The notes: generated by a model not told the origin, from the letters alone. DNA of 64,000 bases from the human T2T-CHM13v2.0 reference genome, Homo sapiens (GCF_009914755.1 NC_060929.1), one strand, 5' to 3'; shown: positions 27,331 to 43,782, numbered from the stretch's first letter. Numbers and translations: made by a program.

Positions 27331-30060
27331 AGTTTAAAGAAGAACTAATACCAATTCTACTCAAACTCTTCAAAAAATATTGAAGAAGAGGGAATACTTC
27401 CAAACTCATTCTACAAGGCCAGCATTACCCTGATAACAAAACGAGACAAGAACACAACCAAAAAGAAAACTATAGGCAAATATCCCACATGAATATAGTG
27501 CAAAACTTCTCAACAAAATACTAGGAAGTCCAATTCAACAACACATTTAAATGGTCTCACCATGACCAAAAGGGATTCATACCAGGGATGCAAGCATGGT
27601 TGAACATATGCAAATCAATGAAGGTGACACATCACATTAACAGAATGAAGAACAAAATCCATATGATCATTTCAATAGATGCTTAAAAAAGCACTTGATA
27701 AAATTCAACATCCCCTTATTTAAAAAAAAAAAAAAAAAACCATTATCAAACTGGGTATAGAAGGAACATTCCTCGAAAGGCCAAATACTACAAACCAACA
27801 GCTAAATCATACTGACCAGAGAAAAATTGAAAGCCTTTTTTTATAAAATCTAAAACAAGGAAAAGATATGTACCTTTACCACTTTAGTCAGCATAGGACT
27901 GGAAGTCTCAGCCAAAGCAATTTAGCAAAAAAAGAAGAAAAAAATGAAGTGTTTCCAAATTGGAAATGAAGAAGTCAAGTTAGCCTTGCTTACAGATGAC
28001 ATGATCTTATATTTAGAAAAAAACTAAATAATCCACCAAAAAACCATTAGAACTGATAAATGAATTCAGTAAAGCCACATGATACAAAATCAACATACAA
28101 AGATCAGTAGCATTTATATATGCCAATAGCAAAGAATCTGAAAAAATAAATCAAGAAAGCAATCCCACGTGCTCTAGCTACAAAAAATATAAAATCCCTG
28201 AGAATCAACTTAACCTAAAAAAGTGAAGATTTACAAAAGGAAAACTATAAAACACTAAAAAAAGAAATTGAAGAGGACACAAAAAAGTGGAATATTATCC
28301 CATGCCCATAGATTGGAATATTTAATATAGTTAAAATAAAAATACTACCCAAGGCAATTTATAGATTCAGTGCAATCCCTATCAAAATATCAATGATTTT
28401 TTTACAGAAATAGAAAAAAATCCTAAAATTGATATATAACCACAAAAGACCCCAAATAGCCAAAGTAATTGTGAGCAAAAAGAACAAAGCTGGAGATATT
28501 ACACTACTTGACTTCAAAATTTACTACAAAGCTATAGTAATCATATCAGCATGACACTGGCATGAAAAAAGACACACAAACCAATGGAACAGAATAGAAA
28601 ACACAGATATAAATCCTCACATTTACAGCCAACTCATGTTCAACAAAGGTGCCAGAACATACAATGGGGAAAGGACGGTCTCTTTAATAAATGGTGCTTG
28701 GAAAATTATGTAACTATACACAGAAAAATGAAATGAGACTATCTCTCACCATACACAAAAATCAAAACGGGTAAAAGATTTAAATCTAAGATGTGAAGTA
28801 TGAGACTAGTAGATGAAAATGTTGAGGAGAACATTCAGGACATTGGTCTAGGCAAAGTTTTTTTTATGTAAAACCTCAAAAGCACAGGCAAGCCAAGCAG
28901 AAATAGACAAATGGGATCACATCACACTAAAAGGCTTCTGCACAACAAAGGACACAATCAACAAAGTGAAGAGACAACCCACAGAATGGGGGGAAGTATT
29001 TGCCAATTATCTACCTGACAAGGGATTAATAAACAGAATATATAAGAAACTTCAACATATCAATAGCAAAAAACATAAATAATTCTATTAAAAAACGGGC
29101 CAAAGATCTGAATAGACGTTTCTCAAAAGACATACACACAGCCTACAGGTATATGAACAAACGCTCAACATCACTAATCATCAGAGAAAAGCAAATCAAA
29201 ACCACAGTGAGATACCATTTCACCCCAGTTAAAATGGCTTTTATAAAGAAGACATGAAATAACAGATGCTGGCAAAGATACAGAGAAAGGGGAACCCTCA
29301 TACACTGTTGGTGGGAATGTAAATTAGTACAGCCACTATGAAGAACAGTATGGAGGTTCTCCAAAAAACTAAAAACAGAACTACCATATGACCCAGCAAT
29401 TCTAGTATTGGGCATATATCCAAAAGAAAGGAAATCAATACATCAGAAAGACATCTGCACTCCAGGTTTATTGTAGCACTATTCACAATAGCCAAAATAT
29501 GGAATCAAAGTATCCATTAACAGATGAATGAATATAGAAAATGTGGTATATATGCACAAAGGAATATTATTTGGGCATAAAAAAGAGTGAAATTCTGTCA
29601 TTTGCAGCAACATGGGTGGAAATGTACATCTTTATGTCAAGTGAAATAGGCCAGGCACATAAAAACAAATATTGCATGTTCTCATTCATATGTGGGAGCA
29701 AAAAAAGTGGATCTCATGAAGATGGAGGGTAGACTCGTGATTACCAGAGGCCAGGAATGGTGGGGAGATGAAGGATGAAGAGAAGTCAATTAATGAGTAC
29801 AAATATGTAGTTTGATAGAAGAAATAAGACCCAGTGTTAGATAAATCAGTGGGTTAACTATTGTTTACAGTAACCTATTGTACATTTCAAAATAGCTAGA
29901 AGAGGAGGACTGAATGGTTCCAGCAAAAAGAAAAGACAAATATTTAAAGTGACAGATATCCCAATTTCACTGGTTTGATCTTTACAAATTATGTGAATGT
30001 ATTATATTGTCATATGTGCCCCCAAAACTATGTATATCTGTTATGCAACAATTTTAAAAT
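27331..30060 (+). mobile_element. 5'-truncated L1 (L1MA-like), 3' half of ORF2 plus 3' UTR
   Basis: RT remnants (cagatgacatgatc), cysteine-rich C-terminus, L1MA-type 3' UTR. Confidence 0.9.
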
Positions 30061-30077
30061 TTTAATTTGTCGAAAGT

Positions 30078-30083
<6 letters not shown>

Positions 30084-30124
<41 letters not shown>
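30084..30124 (+). repeat. (TG)n microsatellite
   Basis: Seen directly. Confidence 0.95.
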
Positions 30125-30127
<3 letters not shown>

Positions 30128-30236
30128 ACAGTAAGCTATGGGCTCTTCAGTGTTTTATGCTAGCATGGTGTCATACCAAAAGATATTTTAGTTTTGCATC
30201 TAAAATACTTGAAAAATAAATATTTATAATACTCAC

Positions 30237-30656
<420 letters not shown>

Positions 30657-31515
30657 TAAATACTTACCCCCTCGCTCAGTCCCTTCAAACCAACAACACT
30701 TCTTCCTCACTCCACTTTCTTTTTGGTCCTTTTCCATATCAAATGTGGCTGTTATTCCAATAAGCATCAGTGTTCTTTAGCATGTCTTCCCCACTAATCG
30801 GTAGGCAGAGTGAGAGAAATAACCATGTCTTTCTTCTTTCCCTCTGCATCCCAGTGTGAAGAAGAATGCATTAAATATAGTTCACTGAACACGTTCACAC
30901 ACACACACTCATACCTACACACGATGTTTTACAGAATTTAATCCTCTGTATACCTTTCAATCACTTACATTGTACACAGTGAGCAATTTTCTAAGTCATT
31001 ACAATTATTTTCTACAGACAACTTCTTACTGGTTGCATAATATTCTGCTATAGAGCTGTACCATAACTTCATCACTTCACTATATGGATTTTTTTTTACT
31101 TTTGTCTGCATATATAATGCAGCAATAAACATCACTGCACATGATTGTATATCTAAGATATTCCTTTAGAATGATTTTCTAAAAGTAGGACCATTGGACT
31201 TGACTCAATATGAACTTTTTAAGGTCTCAATATAGACTGCCAAATTGCTTTATAGAACAGTTGCAACAATTTCATTCCCACTGCACATAAATGTGCCCTT
31301 CTACCTGAACCCTTATTTACACAGAGTACTGGAGGTTTTTTATCTTTTCAAAATTGAAATTTGAGAAGTAATATATTTCTTTTGGATATTTTATTACTTT
31401 CAATAAGCACTGACTTGACCTGGGAGGCAACATGTATTAAATCCTATATAATAAATTATACAGTTAAAGTTTCCAGGGTGACCCTATGTTACCTATGTCC
31501 AAGTTGATACCTTAC

Positions 31516-31602
31516 ATTTTTTTTAAACAATGAATTTTTAACAACATTTTTTTAAACAAAATTAATGCATCCTCCATGTTCTTAATGTGCACCTCACTAG
31601 TG
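31516..31602 (-). pseudogene. Pseudo-exon TSEVHIKNMEDALILFKKMLLKIHCLKK(M), phase 2-2
   Basis: ctctatctctcctggcag|C ... AT|gtaagg; 87 nt, open; the upstream phase 0-to-2 partner exon was not found. Confidence 0.5.
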
Positions 31603-31819
31603 CTGCCAGGAGAGATAGAGGAAGACTGTCCCATGTGTAACAGAAACATGTAAGAAAAACTTTGGAGAGAACACAGAAGATGTTTTGGAGAAGAAAAATA
31701 ATCAAAAGGAGTTTTCAATGAATGTTGTTTAACAGGCAGACAATGAAGGTAAATGCATGTGCTCGACTGTTACGGCATTGCATCAGTGAGTCACATATCC
31801 TGGCATCCAGGTCCTTTCT

Positions 31820-31957
31820 TGCTTTTCTTTTTATTTTTTTTAGAGATGGTGTCTCACTGTATTGCCCAAGCCGGCCTCAAATTCCTGGACTCAAGCAATC
31901 CTCCCACCTCAGCCTCCCAAAGTGCTGGAATCACAGGCATCAGCCACCGTGCCCAGT
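31820..31957 (-). mobile_element. Alu monomer (FLAM-like) inside an old MLT1 LTR (~31740-32335)
   Basis: Left-arm consensus; TSD ccaggtcctttc on both sides. Confidence 0.8.
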
Positions 31958-32950
31958 CCCAGGTCCTTTCATAGCCCTCTCACACACTGACTCTGAGCTT
32001 AGTTCATGACCTGCTTTGGCCAAGGGAACATCAGCAAACACAACAGAGCAGAGCCTTTATAAGCACTTGTCCAATGGAATTTGCCCACCATCATGTGAAA
32101 AAGCCCAGGGGAAAGACACAAAGAGAAAGAAGTTTAGTCATTCCAATCTCAACTGAGGCACCAGACACACAAGTAAGCCCATGTTAGACCATCTAGTCCC
32201 AACCAAGCTACCAGCTGACTACAGCCACGTGAGTGAGCATAAAGGAGACTAATGAAAATATCACCCAGTCACATTAGTGTCGTTTTCACAGCGACAAATT
32301 TAGACGGTTTGTTACGCAGCAATTGATAACTGATCCAACACACTCTAGGATAAGAAATGGCACTCATTCAGCACTTACTGAGTTCTTAGAATGCACAACC
32401 CTGAAAAAAAGACTTGCATATTAAATCAAGATAACTATGGTGTGGAAAGAGCTGTAATATTTGACAGGTAAGGACACAAAGGAAGGAGTCCTCTGCTTTG
32501 GTTAGTCAAAGACTTCACAGAAAAGAAAAAACATGAATTTTGTCTTGAAAGATAATCCAACTAACTAAAAATAAAAAGATTCAAATAGGTACAGAAAACA
32601 ATGAAGGTGTAGAGGTGAGAAATCAACAGGATGTTCAGAAGCCTGTGTATGATTTCATACAGTAAAAGTAAAGGTAGCTGTTGGAGAGAATCAAAAGATG
32701 AAGCATTTTAGACTCAGATAAGGATTAAGTAAATTCTTAGTACCCCATTTTATGGATTTTAGGTGAGAATGTCAGAATAGAAGTCAGTTTGTGCTCTTAA
32801 GTCTACACTATACTGCCTCTCTAAAATTTCCAATATATTTCTGCAGCATCTAAATGCATCAATGGTCTTATAAGTGTCACATTTCAGTTTGAACATAGGT
32901 GATAAGGTATTAACAGGAAAAGTATTCAGCAGTGTTAGGTCGTATCTCAC

Positions 32951-33003
32951 CTTGGATAGCTCATAAGTTCATTCCAGCAAATTCCTCATTGTATGTCTAA
33001 TAT
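32951..33003 (-). pseudogene. Pseudo-exon (Y)IRHTMRNLLE*TYELSK, phase 1-0
   Basis: atgtttag|AT ... AAG|gtgaga; phase 1 start joins the 45457 donor across the L1 block. Confidence 0.55.
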
Positions 33004-36000
33004 CTAAACATCTAATTCAGCAAAATTTTAGAAAAATGTTCTTAAGATTTTTATGGAAATGTGATATGACTTAACCCACGAAAAAATTTAGCAAGATTTG
33101 GGATATGGATATAGAGATCTGAATGATAGCCAACAAACATGAAACCAGCAGCAATAACCTTTAAAAGGGTGTACTAATTGTTTATACTAATTATAGGATT
33201 AGATCCAAAGTTGTTTTAAACAAGCCACAAAATTTTTTGATATGCATATACTTGAGAGTAAAATGAAGCAATAGCAGCATCTATTCCTTAGCTGGCAAGA
33301 GCAAATTAATTATTAAGTCTCTAAATGCTATTTCCACATAAAGGCAGGATCTTACATTAGTAAAAATATAATGTAAAAAAAAATAATAATATGAAGACAA
33401 AGTCAAAATTTAGTTTGTAGATATCCATGCTGGTATTGGCTGTTCAACCACTATTGGTGTTTGTAAAAACAGAAAGGCATAACTTGTAATTCGATCTTGG
33501 AAAATGTGCAGTGCAGTAAGCTCCAAGACCTGGCCCTCCACACAGATACACACTATGAACGTTAACTGACACCAGAATAGATTGAGTTTCCCTTAACCTC
33601 ATCAGTTGTTTATATTTACAGAAGAGTCTCCTTCTACTCTAGATAAGGAATGACAGATCATGCAACAAATTAGTGAGGGTCAATAGAACAAGAGTCAGCA
33701 GTTAATCGATAGCAGAAGGAAAGCTTCAGTGAAAGAAGACAGACCCCTGTTTTCTCAGGATAATCAAATGCCTGACTCATGTAGACTTAAAAAATTGACT
33801 TTTTTTTTTTTGGTCTAATTGACTGATGCCTGGGTATTATATAAGCCTTAGGTGTCCTCAAGATAAGACTTAAAACTATACTACTAAAGCCTGACATCTA
33901 ATTACTTTTGTACCACATGAAAAACAGCCCAGTGAAATGGATGGACGTCTTTCTCACCAAGACGAGCCCTTGCTTTGAAAGAATCAAGGAGCTCTGTATA
34001 AGCCCTGTTGAGAACACCTTCTATAAGTCATGTCAGTGAGATAAAATTTTAGCTATAAACAGTGAAGATGAAGCTATAACTACAAAATACATTGCACACA
34101 TAACTATCACTCTGAATTCCGTTTTGCCTATTCAAAACTGATCATACTATGGTACTTTATAACTTTAGATCCATTTTAAATCATAGAATATCAGACTTAG
34201 GAGGGACTTCAGAACTTTTCTAGCCTAATAAGTCACCTAAAAAAGAAACCTCATATACAGTATCTCTGAAGATCACATGTAAATGTACATGATGAAAAGA
34301 GAATAAAACAGATTATTAAAGTTAAAAAAACTCAAATCAGCCCATTTCATTTCTGAATCGTTCTAATTATAAGAAAATTCTCCCATAAAGTCAGGCTAAA
34401 TAAGATTCCTGAAATTCTACTCAGTGGCACCTTCTGGAAATTCATCTGATTAATCTAGGATATTTGGTCTTGTGTGTATACCAAGCTGTATAACTGATCT
34501 TGTTACACTTTGCTCTTGTGAAACTTTTAGTATTTGTTATTTAAGGAAGCCTCAGATCATTTTCTATCTTTACATACTAAGATTTTTCAAATATTTCATT
34601 ATTCTCAAAATGAGTGGTTTTTAGACATTTTTCATCCAATACCTCCATTAGTAAATATTTTAAAGCATGCTCTCAAAAATATATTTATATATATAAATTG
34701 CATACCTGTTTTTATACTATTAAATTAGTATAAGACATATACCAATATAAATTTTTAATAATGTCATTTAGAAAAATAAAGAGTTCTAAACCACCCATTA
34801 AACACAGTAGGTTATACATACACATTTATCTCTATCCTCATAAAAATGACAGTAAAAGATTTAGAGATGACAAAAAACTGAAATCTTGTAAGTCATGGAG
34901 GGAGGGGGCTTATTCAAAGAAGTGAAGTAACCGGAAAGGCAGCAAGTCAGTTCACAACACAAATTTGCAGGAAGACTTAGAGCTACAGACCCAGGCCTGC
35001 CCCAGAACCAGACCAGCTTCTATGGACTCAGACTTCAGGATAGCCCCCCGCAAGGACCCAAACCCCGGGCCCATCCTCATGAACCCAGATGTATTCCAGA
35101 GGGATGTCCCACCAAGGACCCAGTGGACCCTGCACCAGACCAGTACCTACACACCCAGGCTCCAGGCCCACCTTCAAAGACCTAGCCACCATACCTGTCC
35201 ACACAGATCCAACTTCAGGCCTACTCCAGTGGAACCAGTACTCAGGACCACCCCAGGTAACTCAGGCACTAGGCTGGCCCCTGTGGACTCAGGTACCAAA
35301 ACCACATACCTGCTGATTCAGACATCAGGCAAGCCCACCCAAGGAATTCAGTGGCAACCACAGACATGAACCCCACCAGTCAGCCCATCAAGAATCTCTG
35401 AATGAGCTGACTGGTAAAGGTTTTTACCTGCCAAACCCAGTCTTTAAAGACTGGAATAGACGTCTACTTCTTCAAATGTGAAAACGCCAACACAAGGCAA
35501 TAAGGATAATGAATAAAACAACCAACAGAACAAAATAAAGCACCAGTAACTGACCCTAAAGAAATGGAGATCTATGAAGTGAGTGGCAAAAAACTCAAAA
35601 TAATTGTCTTAAAGAAGTTCAGTGAGCAGGAGAACATAGAAAGACAACTAAATAATATCAGCAAAACAATACTTGAGCAAAACGAAAAGTTCTACAAAAA
35701 GAAACCGTAAAAAAGAACCAAAAGGAAATTCTGGAGCTGAAGAATAGAATGGCTTCACTGAAAAATTCCATCGGGAGCTTCAATAGCCAACTCAGTCAAA
35801 TGGATGAAAGAAACAGGAAGCTCAAAAACAGGTCATTTGAAATTAGCCACCCAGTCAGACGACAGAAAGGAAAAAAAATTGAAAAGTAAAGAAACCTATG
35901 GAACACCATCAAATAAACCAACATACATAAGGTGGAAGTTCCAGATGGAGAAAAGAAGAAGAAAGAAGCATATTTAAAAGTAAAAAGCATAATTAAAGAA

Positions 36001-36863
36001 ATAATGACAGAAAACTTCCCAAATCAAGGAAGGGAAATAAATATCCAGACCCATGAAGCCCAAAGAATAGCAAATAGATTAAATATAAAGAGATATTCAC
36101 CAAGACACATTATAATCAAATTCTCAAAGTCAAAGGAAAAAAAAGAATCTTGAAAGCAGCAACAGAAAAGCATCTTGTCACATATAAAATAATCCCCATT
36201 AGATTATCACCAGCTTTCTTATCAGAAACTTTGCAGACCAGGACAGCATGGGCTAATATATTCAAAGTGCTGGAAAAAAAAAAGGGGGGCTGCCAACCAA
36301 GAATACTATACTTAGCAAATCTGTTTTTCAGAATGAAAGAGAGATGAAGACTCTTAGACAAAAATAAGCTGAGAGAGATCATTACCACTAAAATTGCCTT
36401 ACAGGAAATGACAACAGGAGTTCTTCAAGTTGAAATGAAAGAACACTAACAAAATAAAAACATATGAAAGTATACAACTCACTGTAAAGGTAAAAATATA
36501 GTCAAATTCAGAATACACTAATACTATAATGGTGATGCATAAATAATTTTTGACTCTGATGTAAATACTAAAAGGCAAAAGTATTCCAAATAACTAGAGT
36601 TTTTGAAAGGTGTTAATGGATACACAATATAAAAATGTGTAAATTGTTACCTTTGGAGTAAGGAGAAGTTAAAATGTTGAGTTTTTGTAGGTTATCAAAG
36701 TTAAGTTGTTATCAGCTTAAAATGGACTATTTTAACTATAAAATATTTTATGTAAGCCTCATGGTAAACCCACACACACACAAAATCTGCACTAGATACA
36801 CAAAAGATAAACAGACAAAAGAAGAAGAAAAGAACAAGTAACTATAAAACAGTTCAAAACAAT

Positions 36864-37074
36864 CAGTGAGAACACATGGACACATGGTGGGGAACATCAC
36901 ACACTGGGGCCTGTCAGGGAGTCAGGGGCTAGGGGAGGGATAGCATTAGGAGAAATACCTAATGTAGATGACAGGTTGATGGGTGCAACAAACCACCATA
37001 GCACATGTATTCCTATGTAACAAACCTGCACATTCTTCACATGTATCCCAGAACTTAAAGTATAATTTAAAAAC
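36864..37074 (+). mobile_element. Short L1PA 3' end inserted in the L1M
   Basis: L1PA 3' UTR (gagggatagcattaggagaaatacctaatg...acttaaagtataat); 18-bp TSD aaaacagttcaaaacaat (36846-36863 / 37075-37092). Confidence 0.9.
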
Positions 37075-38298
37075 AAAACAGTTCAAAACAATTAACAAAT
37101 AGCATTAGTAAGCCCTTATCTATCAATAATTTCTTTAAATGCAAATGGACTAAACTCTCCAATCAAAAGACATACAGTGGCTGAATGAATTTAAAAACAA
37201 GATCAAACCTTATGCTGCCTATAAGAGATTAATTTTAGATTTAAGCATACACATATGCTAAAAATGAAGAGATGGAAAAAGATATTCCATGTAAATGGTA
37301 ACCAAAAGAGAGCAGGGGTACCTATGTATCAGAAAAATAAACTTTAAGTCAAAAACCATAAAAAGAGACAAAGAAGGTAATTACATAATGATAAAGGGGT
37401 CAATTCATCAAGAAGATATAAAAATTATGAATATATATGCACCCAACATCAGAGCACCTAAACATATATAAGCAAACATTAATAGAACTAAAGGAAAAAA
37501 ATATGCAGCAATACAATAACAGTGGAAAACATAAATAACCCACTTGCAACAACGAACAGATCATTGAAATGGAAAATCAATAAGGAAATAGTGGACTTGA
37601 ACAACACAGTAGACCCAATGTACCTGACAGGCATATGCATATATTCCATCCAACAGTAGCAGAAGACACATTCTTCTCAAGCACACACAAAATTTCTCCA
37701 ATATAGATCATCTATTAGTCCAGAAAATAAGTCTTGAAAATTTTAAGAAAACTGACATTATATTAAATACTCCATAATGATATGAAAGCAGAAATCAATA
37801 ATAGAAGAAAAATTGGAAAATACACAAATATGTAGGAATCAACCAATACATTCCTGAACAACCAATCAAAAAACATCACAACAAAAATGTTTTAAAATAT
37901 CGTGAGTAAAGGGAAAATGGAAACACAACATACCAAAACTTAGAACATGCAGCGAAAGCAGTACTAAGAGGCAAGTTTACACTGATAAATGCCTACATTT
38001 AGATAAAAGACAGAACTCAAATATAAAAACCTAACTTTCAACCTCAAAGAACTAGAAGAAGAAAAACAAATGAACATCAAATATAGCAGAAGGAAAGAAA
38101 TAAAGATCAGAACCAAAATAAATGAAATAGTGACTAAAAAAAGAGTCAGAGATCAATAAAATTAAGAGATTTTCTGAAAAGATGAACAAAATTGACAAAC
38201 CTTTAGATTCCCTAAGAAAAAGAGAAAGAAGACTCAAATAAATAAAATTTTAAATGAAAAAAGGAACATTACAACTGAAAGAAAATAAATATAAAGGA

Positions 38299-38638
<340 letters not shown>

Positions 38639-40407
38639 CTATATACCAACCAATTGGACAAGCTAGCAGAAAGAGTTAAATTATGAGAAACATACAACCA
38701 ACCAAGGCTGAATCACAAAGAAATAGAAAATGTGAACAGAGAAATCAGTAAGGAGATTAAATTAGTAGTCAAAATTATCTGAAGAAAGAAAAGCCCAGGA
38801 CTCGATGGCTTCACTCATTAATTCTATCAAACTTTTAAAGATTAATCTATGCCAATTTTTCTCAAACTCTTCCAAAAAATTGAACTGGAGGGGACATTTC
38901 CAAATTCATTGTGTAAGGCCAGCATTACACTGATACCAAAGCCACACAAGGACAGTACAAAGAAAAAGAAAATTACAGAACAATATCCCTGGCAAATACT
39001 GATGAACAATTTTTCAGCAAAATACTAGCAAATGGAATTCACCAGCACATTAAAAAGATCATTCACTGTGATCAAGTGAGACTTATTCAGACATACAAGG
39101 ATAGTTCAACATATGCAAATCAATAAGTATGATAAACCATATTAACAGAATGAAGAATAAAAATGCAGAAAAAAATTTATATAATTCGATGTCTTTTCAT
39201 GATGAAAACTCTCAATAAATCAGGTATAGAAGGAATACACCCTGTCATATGACAAGGCCACAGCCAATATCATAGTCAGTAGTAAAAAGCCAAAAGTTTT
39301 TTCTCCATAAACAGGAATAAAACAAGATGACCACTCGCCATTTTTATTCAATATAGTATTGAAGCTCCAAGCCAGAGGAATTAGGCAAGAGTAAGAAATT
39401 AAAGGCATCCAAATTAGAAAGGTAGTAAAATAGCCTCTTTGCAAATGACATAATCATACATATAGAAAATCCTAAAGACTCAACCAGAACACTGTTAGAA
39501 CTAATACACAAATTCAATAAAGTTGCAGAATACAAAATCAACATACAAAAACTAGCTACATTCCTGTACAGCAAGTATGAACTCAGAAATAGAAATTAAG
39601 AAAATAATGCCATTACAATAGCACCAAAAAATAAAATATTTAGTAATAAATTTTATCAAGAAGGTAAAATATCTATACACTGAAAATTATAAAATACCTA
39701 TAAAAGAAACTAAAGAAGATAAAAATTATAAAATGCCTATAAAAGAAAGTGAAGAAGATAAAAATCAATAGAAAAGTATCCTGTGTTCATTAATTGGAAG
39801 AATTAATATTGCTACAATGTCATATAACCCAAAGTGATCTACAGATTCAGTGTAATCCCTATCAAATTCCAATGAAATTTTTCACAGAAATACAAAAAAC
39901 AACCCTAAAATCCATACATTAGCACAAAAGACCCAGACTAGCCAAAGCAATCTTAAGCAAGAACAAACCTAGAGGAAACACATTACCCAATATTAAAATA
40001 TACTATGAAGCTATGGTAATCAAATCAGTATGATACCAGCATAAAAAAGACGGTAGACCAATGGAACACAGTAGACAGTTCAGAAATAAATCTACACATT
40101 TATGCAAAATTGATCTTAGGCGAAGTTGCCAAGAATGCAAAATGGGAAACAACTGGTCTCTTCAATAAATGGTGCTAGACAAACTAGATATCCACATTTA
40201 GAAGAATAAAATTGGATTCTGATCCCACATCATAAACAAAAAGCAACTCAAAATGGATTAAATAGTTACATAAAACATGAAACTGTAAAAGTATTAGAAG
40301 AAAACTTAGGGGAATAGCTATTTGACATTGGTTTGGGCAGTGATTTTCTGGACATGGTCCCAAAAGCACATTCAACAAAATAGACAAATGAGATTACATC
40401 CAAACAC

Positions 40408-43085
40408 CAGCAAACTAAATTTAACAACCCATTAAAAAGATCACTCACTATGATTAACTGGATTCATACTAGGGATGCAAGAATGGCTTAATGTATGTAA
40501 ATTAATAAACATAATATACACAATTAACAGAACCAAGAACAAAATTCATATGATCATTTTAATAGATGCTAAAAAGCATTTGATGAAATTCAATATGTCC
40601 TTATGATAAAATCCCTCAACAAACTGGGCATAGAAGAAACATACCTCAAAATAACTAAGGCCATATGTAACAAAACCACAGCTAATACTGCATGAAATGG
40701 GGGAAAATTAAAAACATTTTCTTTAAGATCTGAAACAAGACAAAGATGTCCACTTTCACCACTTCTTTTCAACATAATACTCGAAGTCTTTGTCAGAGGA
40801 ATTAGACAAGTGAAAGAAATAAAGGGCATCCAAACTGGAAAGGAAGAAATCAAATTAGCCTTGCTTGCAGACGACATGATCTTATACTTGGAAAAACCTA
40901 AAAATTCCACCAAAGAACTGCTAGAACTGATCAACAAATTCAGTAAAGTTGCAGGATACAAAATCAACATGCAAAAATTAGTAGCATTTATATAGGCAAA
41001 TGACAAACAATCTGAAAAAGAAATCAAGAAAACAATCCTATTTACAATAACTACAAAGAATGTAAAATACCTAGAAATAAATTTAATTAAAGAAGTGAAA
41101 GATCTATACAAGAAAAACTATAAAACACCAATGAAAGAAATTGAAGAGAACACACACAAAAAAGGAAAGATATCCCATGCTCATGGATTGAAAGAATTAA
41201 TGTTATACAAATGTTTCTACTACCCAAAGCAATATACAAAGTCAATATATCAATGATAAAATACCAATGACATTCTTCATAGAAATAAAAGAAACAATCC
41301 TAAAATTGATAAGGAACCACACAAAAAACCTCAAATAGCCAAAGCAATCCAAAAGTAATCCAAAATAGCAAAAGGAACAAAGCTGAAGGCATGACGTTAT
41401 CTGACTTCAAAATATACCACAAAGCTGTAATAGCCAAACCAGCATGATGCTGACATAGAAACAGACACATAGACCAATGGAACAGAACAGAAGACACAGA
41501 TCTAAATCCCCACATTTATATCCAACTCATTTTCAAAAAAGGCACCAAGAGCATACAATGAGCAAAGGACAATCTCAATAAATGGTGAGCTAGACATGAT
41601 GGTGCATGCCAGTATTCCCATCTGTTTGGGAGGATTAGGTGGGAGGATTATTTGAGCCCAGTAGTTTGAGGCTATTGTGAGTGGTAATTGTGTCACTGTA
41701 CTCCTGTCTGGGCAACAGAGCCAGACACTGACTCTAAACAAATAAAAAATAAAAAAATAGTGCTGGGTAAACTAAATAACCATATGCAGAAGAAAGAAAC
41801 TATACCCCTATGTCTCAACATACACAAAAATTAAATCAAAATTGATTAAAGAGTTAAATATAAGACTTGAAACTATGAAACTACTAGAAAAACCACATTG
41901 GTGAAATGCTTCAGGTCATTGGTCTAGGCAAAGATTTCTTTAGGTAAAACCGTAAAAGCACAGGCAAGCTAAGCAGAAATAGACAAATGGGATCACATCA
42001 AACTAAAAAGCACATCAAAGGACACAACAAAGTGAAGAGACAACCCATAGAATGGGAGAAAATATTTGTCAACTATCCATCTGATAAGGGATTAATAAAC
42101 AGAATATGTAAAAAGCTTCAACAAATCAACAACAAAAAACATAAATAATTCTATTAAAAAATGGGCCAAAGACCTGAATAGATACTTCTCAAAAGAAGGC
42201 ATACACACAGCCTACAGGTATATGAACAAATGCTCAACATCACTAATCATCAGAGAAAAGCAAATCAAAACCACAATGAGATATCATTTCTCCCCAGTTA
42301 AAAGGATTTTTATCAAGAAGATATGAAATAACAGATGATGGCAAAGATACAGAGAAAGGGGAACCCCCATACACTGTTGGTGGGAATGTAAATTAGTACT
42401 GCCACTATGAAGAACAGAATGGAGGTTCCCCAAAAAACTAAAAACAGAACTACCATATGATCCAGCAATTCTTCTATTGGGTATATATCCAAAAGGAAAT
42501 CAATACATCAGAAAGACATCTGCATTCCATGTTTACTGCGGCACTATTCACAATAGTCAAAATATGGAATTAACGTAAGTGTCTATATACAGATGAATAG
42601 ATATAGAAAATGTGGTGTATGTGCACAATGGAACATTACACTCAGCTATAAAAAATGAAATCCTGTCACTTACAACAACATAGATGGAATTGGAGGTTAT
42701 TAAGTGAAAAAAGCCAAGCCCAGAAAGACAAATGTCTCGTGTTCTCACACATATGTGGAAGCTAGAAAAGTGGATCTTATGAAGATTGAGAGTAGACCAG
42801 TGGTTATCAGAGGCTGGAAAGGGTAGGGAGTATGAGGGGATGTACAAAGGTTGATTAATGGGTACAAACACACAGTTTGGTAGAATAAATAAGGCCTAGT
42901 GTTTGATAGATCAATATGGTGACTACAGTTTACAATAATCCATTGTATTTTCAAAATAGCTACAGAAGAATTTGAATTATTTCAACATAAAGAAGACAAA
43001 TTTAAGGTGATGGATATCCCAATTTCACTGATTTGATCTCTACAACTCATATGAATGCATTAAACTATTACATGTACTCCTTCCC
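40408..43085 (+). mobile_element. Second 5'-truncated L1MA (3' half of ORF2 plus 3' UTR) containing an Alu monomer at ~41588-41755
   Basis: ORF2 register jumps back to the RT N-terminus at ~40410; [14 protein letters not shown]; L1MA 3' UTR. Confidence 0.85.
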
Positions 43086-43782
43086 CACCCCCTACCAAAA
43101 AAAAAAAAAGAAATATAGAGGTAAATGGCAAAAGAAACTACCTTTGGGGAAAAGGAATAGGGGTGGTAATGGGTGTAAATGGACAACACTATACTTCTGT
43201 TATAAACTTTTTTTATTTTTACACTCTTTATATGTATTTAATTTATACACCAAAATGTTACAGAAAAAAATAATAATTCTAATATTTTCTTTTAGAACCC
43301 AGAGGATTGTGAACTAAACTGTGTGTATACTCTACTTTGGAGACCACCATTTTAAACAATATGACAAATAAGAACCTATTTCAACAGCAAGACTTTGTAG
43401 GAGCTCTGTAACTGAGAAGGGGTCATAGAAAGAGAATACAGAGAGAATACTCCAGAAATCTCAAATAATGCATGAAAGACCTTTCATATTGAACCACGTA
43501 GTCTGCCTAGACTGAGCTCTAGGAATCCAGCAGTCCAGTGTCCTTTCCCTGCACAAAACAGAGATTCTCATTTCATGATGTGCAGAAAAACCACCTGGGG
43601 CATTAGTTAAAAATGCAGACTCCATACTCTGCAAGGCTCCAAAGATTTCTATTCAATAGAGACTATAACATTGGAACCCAGCAATCTTCATTTTTACAAT
43701 CGCCACAGGTGATTTTATGACTTTGATGCCCAAATCTTAAGAAAGAATGTCAGGTGCTCTTCCTAAGTTCCATGCTGTAGGA

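Noticed and set aside
32379-32400. 22-nt segment with good splice sites, a candidate for the missing exon
   Set aside because: Overlaps an L2-like remnant and cannot bridge phase 0 to phase 2 alone.
34965-35369. 134-aa Pro/Thr-rich ORF
   Set aside because: Repetitive 5' region of the old L1M element.
40590-41111. 173-aa hydrophobic ORF
   Set aside because: Antisense reading of L1 ORF2, a common artefact.
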